DNA from: an uncultured Gammaproteobacteria bacterium | GTDB lineage: Bacteria > Patescibacteriota > Microgenomatia > UBA8517 | Length of the DNA stretch: 64,000 nucleotides | NCBI GenBank assembly: GCA_964357925.1 | Contig: CAYHMW010000002.1 | Span: forward strand, 23,367 to 87,366 | Direction: 5' to 3' | Part shown: positions 39,464 through 48,839 of the stretch, one piece after another | Position numbering within the stretch: position 1 is the stretch's first letter | How the letters are laid out: every line of letters starts with the position of its first letter | Notes under the pieces: generated by a model | Databases searched by the model: none | Told to the model about the DNA's origin: nothing | What the model saw: only the letters and a program-made list of their open reading frames with translations | Program-made: the position numbers and the translations under genes

Positions 39464-40585
39464 GTGAGAAAAATTAAAAAAGGTCTTCACATTGGAATTG
39501 CACTAATCGCAAATCTCATTTACGGTATGCCCGGGAAGCGGTTAAAGTTAATCGGTGTAACCGGAACAGACGGCAAAACAACAACTGTCTTGATGATTTA
39601 CCACATTTTAAAAAATGCGGGCTATAAAGTCGGGTATATTTCAACAATCGGCTATGACGTAGGCGGTAAACGCTTTGATCAGGGTTTACATGTGACTACA
39701 CCATCTAGCTTAGTGCTGCAAAAATTGTTGAGAGCTGCAGTCAACAATAAGCTCACTCATCTAGTACTTGAGTCAAGCTCTCACGGCCTCGATCAAAACA
39801 GGTTATTGGGATGTCACTTTGAAGTGTCTGTGATTACAAACATAACCCCCGAACACCTGGATTATCACAAGACTTACGATAATTACTTAAACACAAAGGC
39901 AAAACTGCTGAGTCTTTCAAAAGTAAAGTTAATAAACAAAGGTGATCGAAGCTATAAGGAATTGATAAAAAAATTTCCAGATAGTATTGCTTTTGAATTT
40001 GAGGACTTCGGTTTTGCAGAAAAATATAATAACGAGAACGCAGCGGCAGCCGCCAAAGTCTGCAAGGAAATAGGTATAAAGGAGAAGGAAATTAAAAAAT
40101 ATCTTAAATCTTTCGAGTTTCCTGCTGGGAGATATGATGTTGTACAAAAGAAACCTTTTACAGTTATAGTTGACTTTGCCCACACACCAAACGGTTTAAT
40201 AAATTTTCTAAGTTCACTTCCTAAGTCCAGTGGAAAACTAATTCACATCTTCGGATGCGCAGGTGAAAGAGATAAATACAAACGTCCGGAAATGGGAAAA
40301 AATTCAGCGAGTTTCGCTGACATTATTATATTAACCGCCGAAGATCCCAGGTCAGAAAAGGTTGAAGACATTAATGGCTCAATTAAAAAAGGAATACCTA
40401 AGTCATTCAAAGGCAAGTTGATAGAAGTTCATGATCGTGGAAAGGCAATTGCCACAGGGATAAAGTTGGCAAAAGTAGGTGATAGAGTTGTCATAACAGG
40501 CAAAGGACCGGAAAAATCTAACAACATTGGAGGAGTTGAATACCCTTGGTCTGATTTAGAAGAAGTTAAAAAATATTTAGAATGA
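39464..40585 (+). CDS. murE: Mur ligase, MurE-like (UDP-MurNAc-tripeptide synthetase), N-terminally short
   Basis: ATP-binding loop LIGVTGTDGKTTT appears about 30 aa from the start. Mur ligase middle and C-terminal regions are present. Position is after ftsI. Confidence 0.6.
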   Translation: MRKIKKGLHIGIALIANLIYGMPGKRLKLIGVTGTDGKTTTVLMIYHILKNAGYKVGYISTIGYDVGGKRFDQGLHVTTPSSLVLQKLLRAAVNNKLTHLVLESSSHGLDQNRLLGCHFEVSVITNITPEHLDYHKTYDNYLNTKAKLLSLSKVKLINKGDRSYKELIKKFPDSIAFEFEDFGFAEKYNNENAAAAAKVCKEIGIKEKEIKKYLKSFEFPAGRYDVVQKKPFTVIVDFAHTPNGLINFLSSLPKSSGKLIHIFGCAGERDKYKRPEMGKNSASFADIIILTAEDPRSEKVEDINGSIKKGIPKSFKGKLIEVHDRGKAIATGIKLAKVGDRVVITGKGPEKSNNIGGVEYPWSDLEEVKKYLE

Positions 40586-41355
40586 ATATCAAATCACTCA
40601 ACAAAGAATGCGTTAAAATGGCCAATCGCTATGCAAAACTAAATATTCACAATAAAAAAATACCAACTCCATATTACATAAACAGCATTCAAGGACATTT
40701 CTCAGAGATCTTTAATATGGTTGGTATTCCATCGGAAAAAATTATTGAGATTTGGCGAATCTATAAAAGTAATAAATTTCCATACGGTAGGTACAGAGGT
40801 AAGGGAACACCGGAAGAAATTGAAGACGCGGTAATTAAAGTTTCAACTGCAGTTGGGCTACCACTCGATAATAGTAGCATTGAAGTAATACTAAATTTTA
40901 TGAAGCTTTATGGGCTTGGCGTTGATTGTTCAGGATATGTTTACAACCTCTTAAGTAGCGCCTTTAAAAAAATAGAAGGCAGTGATCAACAGCTGAAAGC
41001 CAGCCTTAACTGGATGGCAAAAAGCAAAAGAGATGTTTGGAATGCTGGAGCGTTCGCTTTTGCTGGCAAAGCTTCAGTATTAGTTACGCCAGAAAGACTT
41101 CAACCGCTTGATCTAATTCTCTTAAAGGATAAAGACCAAAAGTATGTTCATGTAGCTTTAGTAATAAAACACAATGGTAAATTATTAATAACCCAGTCAC
41201 AAATATGTATGAATCCAAGTGGTGTTAGATCTGATAATGCTGTGGCGCTACAGCCAGAGCCTTTATTTGATTATCATCCTGAAATAGGTCCGAGCTGGGA
41301 GGATCTCTATAAGAAAGGTAGACTTGAATTTAGAAGATTAAAAATACTTGCATGA
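40582..41355 (+). CDS. NlpC/P60-family (permuted papain-fold) cysteine peptidase/amidase-like protein, no signal peptide
   Basis: GLGVDCSGYVYNLL resembles the catalytic Cys motif G-x-DCSG-x-V. Downstream PLDLILLKDKDQKYVHVALVIKHNGKLL resembles the GDL.FF...HVGIY His region. There is no N-terminal hydrophobic segment. Confidence 0.45.
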   Translation: MNIKSLNKECVKMANRYAKLNIHNKKIPTPYYINSIQGHFSEIFNMVGIPSEKIIEIWRIYKSNKFPYGRYRGKGTPEEIEDAVIKVSTAVGLPLDNSSIEVILNFMKLYGLGVDCSGYVYNLLSSAFKKIEGSDQQLKASLNWMAKSKRDVWNAGAFAFAGKASVLVTPERLQPLDLILLKDKDQKYVHVALVIKHNGKLLITQSQICMNPSGVRSDNAVALQPEPLFDYHPEIGPSWEDLYKKGRLEFRRLKILA

Positions 41356-42482
41356 AAAATATTAAAACACTTATTTACCATCCCGCCAAAAGGTATCTTG
41401 CTCATTACTACTTAAAAATTTTGAAACTTTTAGGCTGTGAAGTAATTGGAATAACAGGAAGCGCTGGCAAAACAACTACTAAGGAAATGATTGCATCTGT
41501 ACTCAAAACTAAATACAAAGTTGCCTACTCATTAGCCAATATCGACCCTGTTTATAACATTCCCAATACAATTCTCAAAACACCTCTATGGACCAAAAAA
41601 TTAGTTCTAGAAATGGGGGTAGAATTTCCGAGGGAAATGAACTTTTACATATGGCTTGCGAACCCAGACGTTGGAGTTTTGACAAACGTTACTTGGACTC
41701 ACACTCAGTTTTTTAAAAATATCGAGGGTGTGGCTGCTGAAAAAAGTAAACTTATCAAATCGCTCCCAAAAAATGGACTAGCAATTTTAAACAAAGACGA
41801 CGCGAGAGTCGCAAAGCTTGCACACAAAACAAATGCAAAGGTAATTTATTTTGGATCGGGCGAGAAAAACAAAGTACACGCAACTGATATTAAGTTTACA
41901 AAAAATCTTACTACCTCTTTCATATTACATGTTGGTAAAGAAAAAACTGAAGTTACCCTTGCAGTTCTTGGTAGGCATTTTGTTGATCTTGCTTTGGCAG
42001 CAGCTGCAGTCGGCAACAACAGTAAAATTCCACTTCAAAAAATTAGAGAAGGTTTGGAAAATTTCAAAAGTGAACCCCACAGAATCCACCCACACGTCTT
42101 AAAAAATGGAACTTTAATTTTAGACGACACTTACAACGCCAATCCAGAAGCAGTTCTTCGGGCAATAGATGTATTAAAAGAGGTTGGCAAAAGCAAAAAA
42201 ACAATTTTAGTTTTAGGAGAAATGAAAGAGCTCGGCAGTTACGCAAAATCCGGACATATCCTCGTTGGCAATTACGCCAAAAAGCAAAAAATTGCTAAAC
42301 TACTTAGCCTGGGGAAAGAAACACTGTATACAGTTGATGCTTTCGGAAAAGGTGGAAAATATTTTAAAAGTAAAAGAGAAATAGTAAAAGAGCTTAGAAG
42401 CTTAAAAACTCCCCACACAATACTAATAAAAGGTTCAAGATCAATGGGCATGGAAGAAATTGTAAAGACACTAATATCATAA
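41352..42482 (+). CDS. murF: Mur ligase, MurF-like (UDP-MurNAc-pentapeptide synthetase), N-terminally short
   Basis: VIGITGSAGKTTTKEM P-loop and a Mur ligase C-domain. Position is before ddl-mraY. Confidence 0.65.
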   Translation: MKNIKTLIYHPAKRYLAHYYLKILKLLGCEVIGITGSAGKTTTKEMIASVLKTKYKVAYSLANIDPVYNIPNTILKTPLWTKKLVLEMGVEFPREMNFYIWLANPDVGVLTNVTWTHTQFFKNIEGVAAEKSKLIKSLPKNGLAILNKDDARVAKLAHKTNAKVIYFGSGEKNKVHATDIKFTKNLTTSFILHVGKEKTEVTLAVLGRHFVDLALAAAAVGNNSKIPLQKIREGLENFKSEPHRIHPHVLKNGTLILDDTYNANPEAVLRAIDVLKEVGKSKKTILVLGEMKELGSYAKSGHILVGNYAKKQKIAKLLSLGKETLYTVDAFGKGGKYFKSKREIVKELRSLKTPHTILIKGSRSMGMEEIVKTLIS

Positions 42483-42486
42483 ATTC

Positions 42487-43518
42487 ATGAGCAAAAGGCT
42501 TAAAATTGCAGTTTTAATGGGCGGACGTACACCCGAATACGAAATATCTATAATTTCTGGTCAAAGTGTAACTAAAGCACTTGAAGAGAAGGGCCACATT
42601 GTGCTGCCTATTATTGTTTCCAGAGACGGTCAAATCTGGAAGTCGATCGACCCTGACGTTTTGTACAAATTACCAAACCCACTTCTTCTAAAAGGTACAA
42701 ATAAAGAAATTATTTCTACAAAAACAAAATCCCTCGAAAGCCCCACCAGTATTAAGCACCAAGGTGTAGATGTAATTTTCCCCGCAATGCACGGCCCTTT
42801 TGGCGAAGACGGAACAATTCAAGGACTTCTAGATGTACTAGATATTCCGTATATTGGCTCCGGTGTTCTGGCAAGCGCTATTGGAATGAACAAATATGTC
42901 TTTAGAAAAATATTAAATGGGAGTGGTATTCAATTTCCCAAATTTATAGCACTCAAAAAAAACGATGACCATCAAAACTTTAAAAAAATCTTAGGAAATA
43001 TGCCATATTTTGTAAAGCCAAATTCTCAAGGTTCATCTGTCGGCGCGTCTTTAGTTACAAAAGCCTCAGACCTTAAGGCGGCAATTTCCAAAGCGCTCCA
43101 ATATGGCGACACAGTTTTAATTGATGAGTATATTAAAGGCACCGAACTGACATGTGGTGTTATTGGTAATGATGAATTAGAAGCACTCCCAGTTGTCGAG
43201 ATCGTCACAGAAAGCGACTTTTTCGACTACAACGCCAAATATACCACGAGCACCACGCAAGAAATTGTCCCTGCGAGAATTTCGCCGGAACTAACAAAAA
43301 AAGTACAAGAATTAGCGAAAAGAGTGTACTTGGAAATTGGAGCAAGAGGCTTTGCTCGAGTAGACTTTATTTTACGAAATAATGAATTGTATGTACTGGA
43401 AATTAACACTATTCCGGGGCTTACACCCATGTCTTTGATGCCGAAAGCTGCGAAAGTTGCAGGCTATTCATACAGTGACTTAGTTGAAAAAGTTGTAGAA
43501 CTTGCATTAACCAAGTAG
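42487..43518 (+). CDS. ddl: D-alanine--D-alanine ligase
   Basis: KIAVLMGGRTPEYEISIISG N-terminus, HGPFGEDGTIQGLLDVLDIPYIGSGVLASAIGMNK, ATP-grasp C-terminus. Confidence 0.9.
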   Translation: MSKRLKIAVLMGGRTPEYEISIISGQSVTKALEEKGHIVLPIIVSRDGQIWKSIDPDVLYKLPNPLLLKGTNKEIISTKTKSLESPTSIKHQGVDVIFPAMHGPFGEDGTIQGLLDVLDIPYIGSGVLASAIGMNKYVFRKILNGSGIQFPKFIALKKNDDHQNFKKILGNMPYFVKPNSQGSSVGASLVTKASDLKAAISKALQYGDTVLIDEYIKGTELTCGVIGNDELEALPVVEIVTESDFFDYNAKYTTSTTQEIVPARISPELTKKVQELAKRVYLEIGARGFARVDFILRNNELYVLEINTIPGLTPMSLMPKAAKVAGYSYSDLVEKVVELALTK

Positions 43519-43536
43519 GCTATAATTATTAAAGAG

Positions 43537-44595
43537 ATGAACTTCTACAATACAGCACCTCTAGCACTTGGATTGATAGTATTCTCCTTTCTTATCACAA
43601 GCGCTCTAGTCATCCCATTTATCGACCTCCTTTACAAGTTCAAAATGCTGAGACGCAAAGAAGGAGACTTCAGGGGCAAAAAAGAATCTCTCTTCGATAA
43701 GCTTCATGACAAAAAAGCAGGAACTCCAATTGGCGGAGGCATTTTGCTGATAACTGTAGTCAGCGTAATGTTTCCATTTTTGTTTTCCTTTATCTCCAAT
43801 ATGGGTGTTTTCATCCACACCTCTTTTAAACTTAATTACGAGCTTTTGGTTATCTTCTTCACCTTTCTTGGTTTTGGAGCCATCGGTCTCCTGGACGATC
43901 TTGTTAAAATCTTCGGTAAACCAAAACCAAATATTTACGGCTCTGTATTCGGATTATCAAAAACCCAGAAGTTTGGACTTCAGTGGATTTTAGCTTTTGC
44001 CATCTCTTTTATGCTTTACTTTTTACTTGGAATTCAAATTCTTCACATACCAATTCTTGAAATAACAATCAATCTTGGTCCTCTATACTTACTTTTTTCT
44101 GCATTCATAATTGTTTTCTTTGCAAATGCCTTTAACATCACAGATGGACTCGATGGTCTATCCTCCGGCCTTCTCATGATTTATCTTTTTTCCTATGTCA
44201 TTATCGCAGCCAGCAACTTAGATACACCGCTTTTTATCTTTATTTCTCTCTGGCTTGGCTCAATAATTGCCTTCTTATATTTTAACGTTTGGCCAGCAAG
44301 AATATTTTTAGGCGATGCAGGAGCACTAAGCTTTGGTGCAATGATCGCTGTTATTGGATTAGTTATTGGGAACGTAACAACTCTTTTTATAATTGGAGGT
44401 TTATTTGTAATTGAGGCACTTTCTTCGTTGATTCAAATACTTGGACGAAAATTCCTGAAACGTAAAATTTTTCCCATTGCACCAATTCACCACACTTTTC
44501 TTTGGTTAGGTTGGGAAGAACCAAAAATTGTCATGCGAGCTTGGTTGGCAGGATTAATGCTAGCAATTTTCGGACTCTGGCTTGCAACTATCTAA
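43537..44595 (+). CDS. mraY: phospho-N-acetylmuramoyl-pentapeptide transferase MraY
   Basis: DDLVKIFG and NAFNITDGLDGLSSG motifs; 10 TM helices. Confidence 0.9.
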   Translation: MNFYNTAPLALGLIVFSFLITSALVIPFIDLLYKFKMLRRKEGDFRGKKESLFDKLHDKKAGTPIGGGILLITVVSVMFPFLFSFISNMGVFIHTSFKLNYELLVIFFTFLGFGAIGLLDDLVKIFGKPKPNIYGSVFGLSKTQKFGLQWILAFAISFMLYFLLGIQILHIPILEITINLGPLYLLFSAFIIVFFANAFNITDGLDGLSSGLLMIYLFSYVIIAASNLDTPLFIFISLWLGSIIAFLYFNVWPARIFLGDAGALSFGAMIAVIGLVIGNVTTLFIIGGLFVIEALSSLIQILGRKFLKRKIFPIAPIHHTFLWLGWEEPKIVMRAWLAGLMLAIFGLWLATI

Positions 44596-44598
44596 CTA

Positions 44599-45756
44599 AT
44601 GTCTAGATTATTTTTCTTAAGGCAAAAAAGGGCAAAACACAAAAGTCGCACGATTTCGCACCCCGGAAAGCGTCAAAATACAAGCAGAATACTCTTCGCT
44701 CTAACATTACTATTGACGGGGCTTGGCCTTATAGCAGTGTTTGATGTTAGTTCTCCTCAAGCGATAAGACTTTTCGGTGACCCATATTACTTTGCAAAAC
44801 AACAACTGATGTGGGCAGGGATTGGTTTGGGTGCTTTTGTTGGCGGAAGCGTTATGTCATACAAATTGTTAAGTAAGTACGCACTAGTTATTTTTGGCGT
44901 CTCACTATTATTACTATTGATTGTTTTGATACCAGGTATTGGCTCAAATGTCTTAGGTGCTAGAAGGTGGATAAGGTTAGGACCAGTTGGCATTCAGCCA
45001 TCAGAAGTAGCTAAGTTGGCAGTCATCATAATCATTGCAAAATTTGCAGAGGCAAAATATCCAGTTTGGTACGGTGTTTCAGTACTTGGTATTGTCTCGA
45101 CCCTCATAATGCTTCAACCAGATCTGGGGACAACAATAGTGGTTGCCTCAATTGGCCTGGTCCAGCTATTCGCGGCGGGCTACACGCTTGTAAATCTCGG
45201 TGCCATGGCAGCAGCAGGAACGGGCTTAGCGGGATTACTTGTTATATTTTCTGACTACAGAAGACAACGTCTTATGACGTTTATTAATAACCTCTATGAC
45301 CCATTAAGCCTAGATCTTACGGAAGCATATGGAGCTGGTTATCACATCAGACAGATACTGATCGCAATAGGTTCTGGTGGAATTCTGGGACTGGGAGTGG
45401 GCCAATCTCGCCAAAAACACCTTTTTCTTCCAGAAACAGCCACAGATTCAGTCTTTGCAATTATTGCTGAAGAGTTCGGATTTATTGGAGCAGCAACGCT
45501 AATCATACTGCTTATGTATTTTACACTTGTAGTTGTCAGGGTAGCCATGCACGCTCCTGATAAATTCAGCGCGATCTTGGCAATTGGCATAGCAGGTTGG
45601 ATTGGTGGGCAAACTATACTCAATCTTTCAGCAATGCTCGCTCTCGCGCCGCTTACAGGGATTCCTCTACCATTTTTCAGTTATGGTGGCTCCAGTTTGA
45701 CAATGACACTTTTTTCGGTTGGAATACTTGTAAATATTGGAAATTCAAAAAAATGA
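44599..45756 (+). CDS. ftsW: SEDS-family peptidoglycan glycosyltransferase FtsW
   Basis: SEDS motifs (QPSEVAKLAVII, PETATDSVFAIIAEEFGFIG). Position is between mraY and murG. Confidence 0.85.
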   Translation: MSRLFFLRQKRAKHKSRTISHPGKRQNTSRILFALTLLLTGLGLIAVFDVSSPQAIRLFGDPYYFAKQQLMWAGIGLGAFVGGSVMSYKLLSKYALVIFGVSLLLLLIVLIPGIGSNVLGARRWIRLGPVGIQPSEVAKLAVIIIIAKFAEAKYPVWYGVSVLGIVSTLIMLQPDLGTTIVVASIGLVQLFAAGYTLVNLGAMAAAGTGLAGLLVIFSDYRRQRLMTFINNLYDPLSLDLTEAYGAGYHIRQILIAIGSGGILGLGVGQSRQKHLFLPETATDSVFAIIAEEFGFIGAATLIILLMYFTLVVVRVAMHAPDKFSAILAIGIAGWIGGQTILNLSAMLALAPLTGIPLPFFSYGGSSLTMTLFSVGILVNIGNSKK

Positions 45757-46859
45757 GCAATAAAATTTTACTTACTGGTGGCCACGCAGGTTCGACAGCC
45801 CTCGCAACAATTAAGGCAATTCAGAAAGCCAGGAGAGCTACCCAAGAAATCTATTGGGTCGGTGCGGCTTCTGCGCACACGGGTATAAACACTGGCAAGA
45901 CTTTTGAAGAGCGAGAATTTGGCAAACACGACATAAATTATCTTAAAATTCATGCTGGCAAAATCCCAAGAAAGATTACTTTCTATGCCCTTATAAATTC
46001 CTTGTTACTGCCAGTGGGCTTCTTTGAGGCCTTGTGGCTAATCGCAAAGATTCGTCCAAATGTAATTGTCAGTTTCGGCGGCTACGCCGCATTCCCCGTA
46101 GTAGTTATTGGCTATCTAATGCAAATTCCCATAGTAATTCAAGAGCAGACAGTGGTAGCTGGGCTAACTAACAGGATAACTGCCCGCCTTGCAAGTAAAA
46201 TTGCAATTGGCAGGCCACAGAGTATGGATTTTTTCCCCAAATCCAAAACCGTACTGACTGGCCTTCCGCTTTCCGAGGACATAACGAGTTTGGGACCAAA
46301 GCCAAAAATTGGGAAACCACCAGTGCTTCTGGTAACAGGTGGCAGCAGAGGTGCAAGGCCAATAAATCAAGTAATAGGCAAGGCACTTACTGAAATCCTT
46401 AAAAAATTCAAAGTTATTCATCTGACTGGGGAGATTGATTTCTCAAGAGTCGAAGGTTTCAAAGATACACTTAGCGAGGATCTTGCGCGGAGATACGAAG
46501 TTCACGCACATGTTGCTCCTGATGAAATGAAAGAACTATATAAAAAATCTGACATCATAATATCGAGAGCTGGTGCAAACTCAGCTGCTGAAATACTCTC
46601 AGTTGGCCGACCAGCCATAATCATTCCGCTCCCAATTACATGGTTTGATGAGCAAAGGAAAAACGCACAACTTGCCGAAAATGCCGGTATCGCAGAAGTC
46701 ATTGAACAAAAGGACTTAAATAAACATACACTTTTGACCACCCTCAACAAAATTCTAAAAAATTGGGATGCTATGACCAAAAATTATGATCGATCCTGGG
46801 CAAAGCTCGACAAAAATGCGGCTAACAATGTGGCGGAAATAGTCCTCAGTTACTTATAG
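45753..46859 (+). CDS. murG: UDP-GlcNAc:undecaprenyl-PP-MurNAc-pentapeptide GlcNAc transferase MurG (GT28)
   Basis: Start at the internal ATG 45753 (MSNKILLTGGHAGS), forming an ATGA overlap with ftsW. The ORF track's 45597 start would overlap ftsW by 160 nt. Confidence 0.85.
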   Translation: MSNKILLTGGHAGSTALATIKAIQKARRATQEIYWVGAASAHTGINTGKTFEEREFGKHDINYLKIHAGKIPRKITFYALINSLLLPVGFFEALWLIAKIRPNVIVSFGGYAAFPVVVIGYLMQIPIVIQEQTVVAGLTNRITARLASKIAIGRPQSMDFFPKSKTVLTGLPLSEDITSLGPKPKIGKPPVLLVTGGSRGARPINQVIGKALTEILKKFKVIHLTGEIDFSRVEGFKDTLSEDLARRYEVHAHVAPDEMKELYKKSDIIISRAGANSAAEILSVGRPAIIIPLPITWFDEQRKNAQLAENAGIAEVIEQKDLNKHTLLTTLNKILKNWDAMTKNYDRSWAKLDKNAANNVAEIVLSYL

Positions 46860-47509
46860 TGGTAAAAGCAATAAATCTAGCTCTTGCCTTAATACTAATA
46901 GCATTCTCAATATTAGGTTTACCCAGAATCATCCGAATCAAGCACATAACATGTATAAGTGATAAATCACCATGTCGTGGCGAGACAGTTGAAAAAATTA
47001 GTAAGCACATTGGTATTCCAATTCAAGAGGCTCTAACCAGAGTTCAAAAAGAACTTAATAATAATTCTTTGATTAAGAGTTCAGAGGTAAAATACGTGTT
47101 TCCAAATTCAATTTCAGCCTCAATAGATTACAAAAAACCAGCATTGAGACTCAAATACATAGGTTTTTCTAACACAATTGTCGTTGATGAATCGGGAAGT
47201 ATTATCAGAACTGAAAACGTTGACAATCTACCAACATTGCTAATCGAAGGTAACGCAGGTGAACTTTCAAAATCTATTCCTCTAATTCTAAATTTAAACA
47301 AATATTATGGTTTCAACTATTTCACATTAACAAAAGATGTGTTAAGTACAAAAACAAAAGACGATATCGCTCTAGTAATACCGACAGATAATGATATTGA
47401 CATAACGCTTGGGTCAATAAATTTGACTCTTTCCCAGTTGAATAGGCAATTACAAGGAATTAGAATTGAAGAGATTGACTTTAGGTACAAAAACCCCATT
47501 GTAAGATAG
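46859..47509 (+). CDS. ftsQ: cell division protein FtsQ/DivIB-like (TM plus POTRA)
   Basis: N-terminal TM helix then a POTRA-like region. Position is between murG and ftsA. Confidence 0.55.
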   Translation: MVKAINLALALILIAFSILGLPRIIRIKHITCISDKSPCRGETVEKISKHIGIPIQEALTRVQKELNNNSLIKSSEVKYVFPNSISASIDYKKPALRLKYIGFSNTIVVDESGSIIRTENVDNLPTLLIEGNAGELSKSIPLILNLNKYYGFNYFTLTKDVLSTKTKDDIALVIPTDNDIDITLGSINLTLSQLNRQLQGIRIEEIDFRYKNPIVR

Positions 47510-48780
47510 TGAAAATGACTAAAAGCAAAATTATAGCCGCCATTGATATAGGTTCCTCGAAGGTGACATCGCTCCTCGCGCAAGCTGTAGTCGAACAGGC
47601 CACCTTAGAAACGGTCATAAATATTATGGGAGTGTCGACTGTGCCTTCAAAAGGCATAAAAAAGGGTCAGATTGTCGACATTGAAGAAGCAGTTGAAGCA
47701 ACAATAATATCTGTTGAAGGAGCAGAGCGGATGGCTGGCTACAATATTGACAAAGCGTTTGTCTCGGTGGGAGGGGGGCATATCCAATCGCAAAACAGCA
47801 AAGGTGTAGTCGCTGTATCGGATCCAAATGGTGAAGTTTCAGGTGAAGATGTTGGTCGTGTAATAGAATCGGCTAGAGCAGTTTCACTCCCTGCCTCAAG
47901 AGAAATCATCCATGTGATTCCAAGAGAATACATTGTCGATGGTGAAGCAGGCGTGCGTGACCCAGTTGGGATGACCGGAGTGCGTCTTGAAGTTGAGACA
48001 CATCTTGTGACAGCGAGTTCACCAGCCCTGAAAAACCTCACAAAGACTATAAAGGAAGTTGGCGTTGATATCGAAGAAACAGTTTTCTCAGCCCTCGCCG
48101 CAAGCCACTCGACACTCACAGGGACCGAGAAGGAATTGGGCTGTGTCCTCATTGATATTGGAGCTGGAACCACCTCAATTGCTGCACATATCGATAACGC
48201 ACTTGCCTATTCAGGCTCGATACCCATAGGTGCAAGAAATGTAACAAATGATTTAGCAATCGGCCTTCGGGTAACACTCGATACTGCAGAGAAAATAAAA
48301 ATTGCACTAAATAATCCTCCTAAAAGAGGTGATGATGGAAAGCAAATGGACTTGACTGAATTCGGCGCAAAAGAACACAAAAAGATTTCGACTAGAACAT
48401 TAACCGAAGGAATAATAAGACCACGCTTGAATGAAATATTTTCAATGGTCAAGTTAGATTTGGAGCGAGCAGGACTCATTCACAGAGTCCCTTCAGGCGC
48501 AATTCTCTGTGGTGGTGGAGCATTAACTTCAGGCATTGAGGAATCCGCAAGAAGAACGCTTGGTTTACCAGTTAGAGTTGCAAAACCCGGTGGAGTCGGC
48601 GGACTTATTGACGATACTGGCACACCTGAGTACGCAGCCGCCGTTGGACTAATCCTATATGGCGCTGGCTCTGGCGGAAAGTTTATAGAAAGTAAGCAAT
48701 TTATGCCAACAAAGCTCAGTCTTCCTGGAAGGGGCGCATTTGGTAACGCAGTCCGAATGATCAAAGATTTACTGCCGTAA
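47509..48780 (+). CDS. ftsA: cell division protein FtsA
   Basis: Actin-fold N-terminus IIAAIDIGSSKVTSLLA. Position is before ftsZ. Confidence 0.9.
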   Translation: MKMTKSKIIAAIDIGSSKVTSLLAQAVVEQATLETVINIMGVSTVPSKGIKKGQIVDIEEAVEATIISVEGAERMAGYNIDKAFVSVGGGHIQSQNSKGVVAVSDPNGEVSGEDVGRVIESARAVSLPASREIIHVIPREYIVDGEAGVRDPVGMTGVRLEVETHLVTASSPALKNLTKTIKEVGVDIEETVFSALAASHSTLTGTEKELGCVLIDIGAGTTSIAAHIDNALAYSGSIPIGARNVTNDLAIGLRVTLDTAEKIKIALNNPPKRGDDGKQMDLTEFGAKEHKKISTRTLTEGIIRPRLNEIFSMVKLDLERAGLIHRVPSGAILCGGGALTSGIEESARRTLGLPVRVAKPGGVGGLIDDTGTPEYAAAVGLILYGAGSGGKFIESKQFMPTKLSLPGRGAFGNAVRMIKDLLP

Positions 48781-48839
48781 CTTTTGACTTTCTGCCCTCA
48801 TCTGCTACACTGCGCTTAAGTTTTTTTTAGAGAGATTAT

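Noticed and set aside
45597-45752. Upstream extension of murG from the ORF-track start 45597
   Set aside because: It would overlap ftsW by 160 nt. The conserved MurG N-terminus (MSNKILLTGG) begins at 45753 with an ATGA junction.
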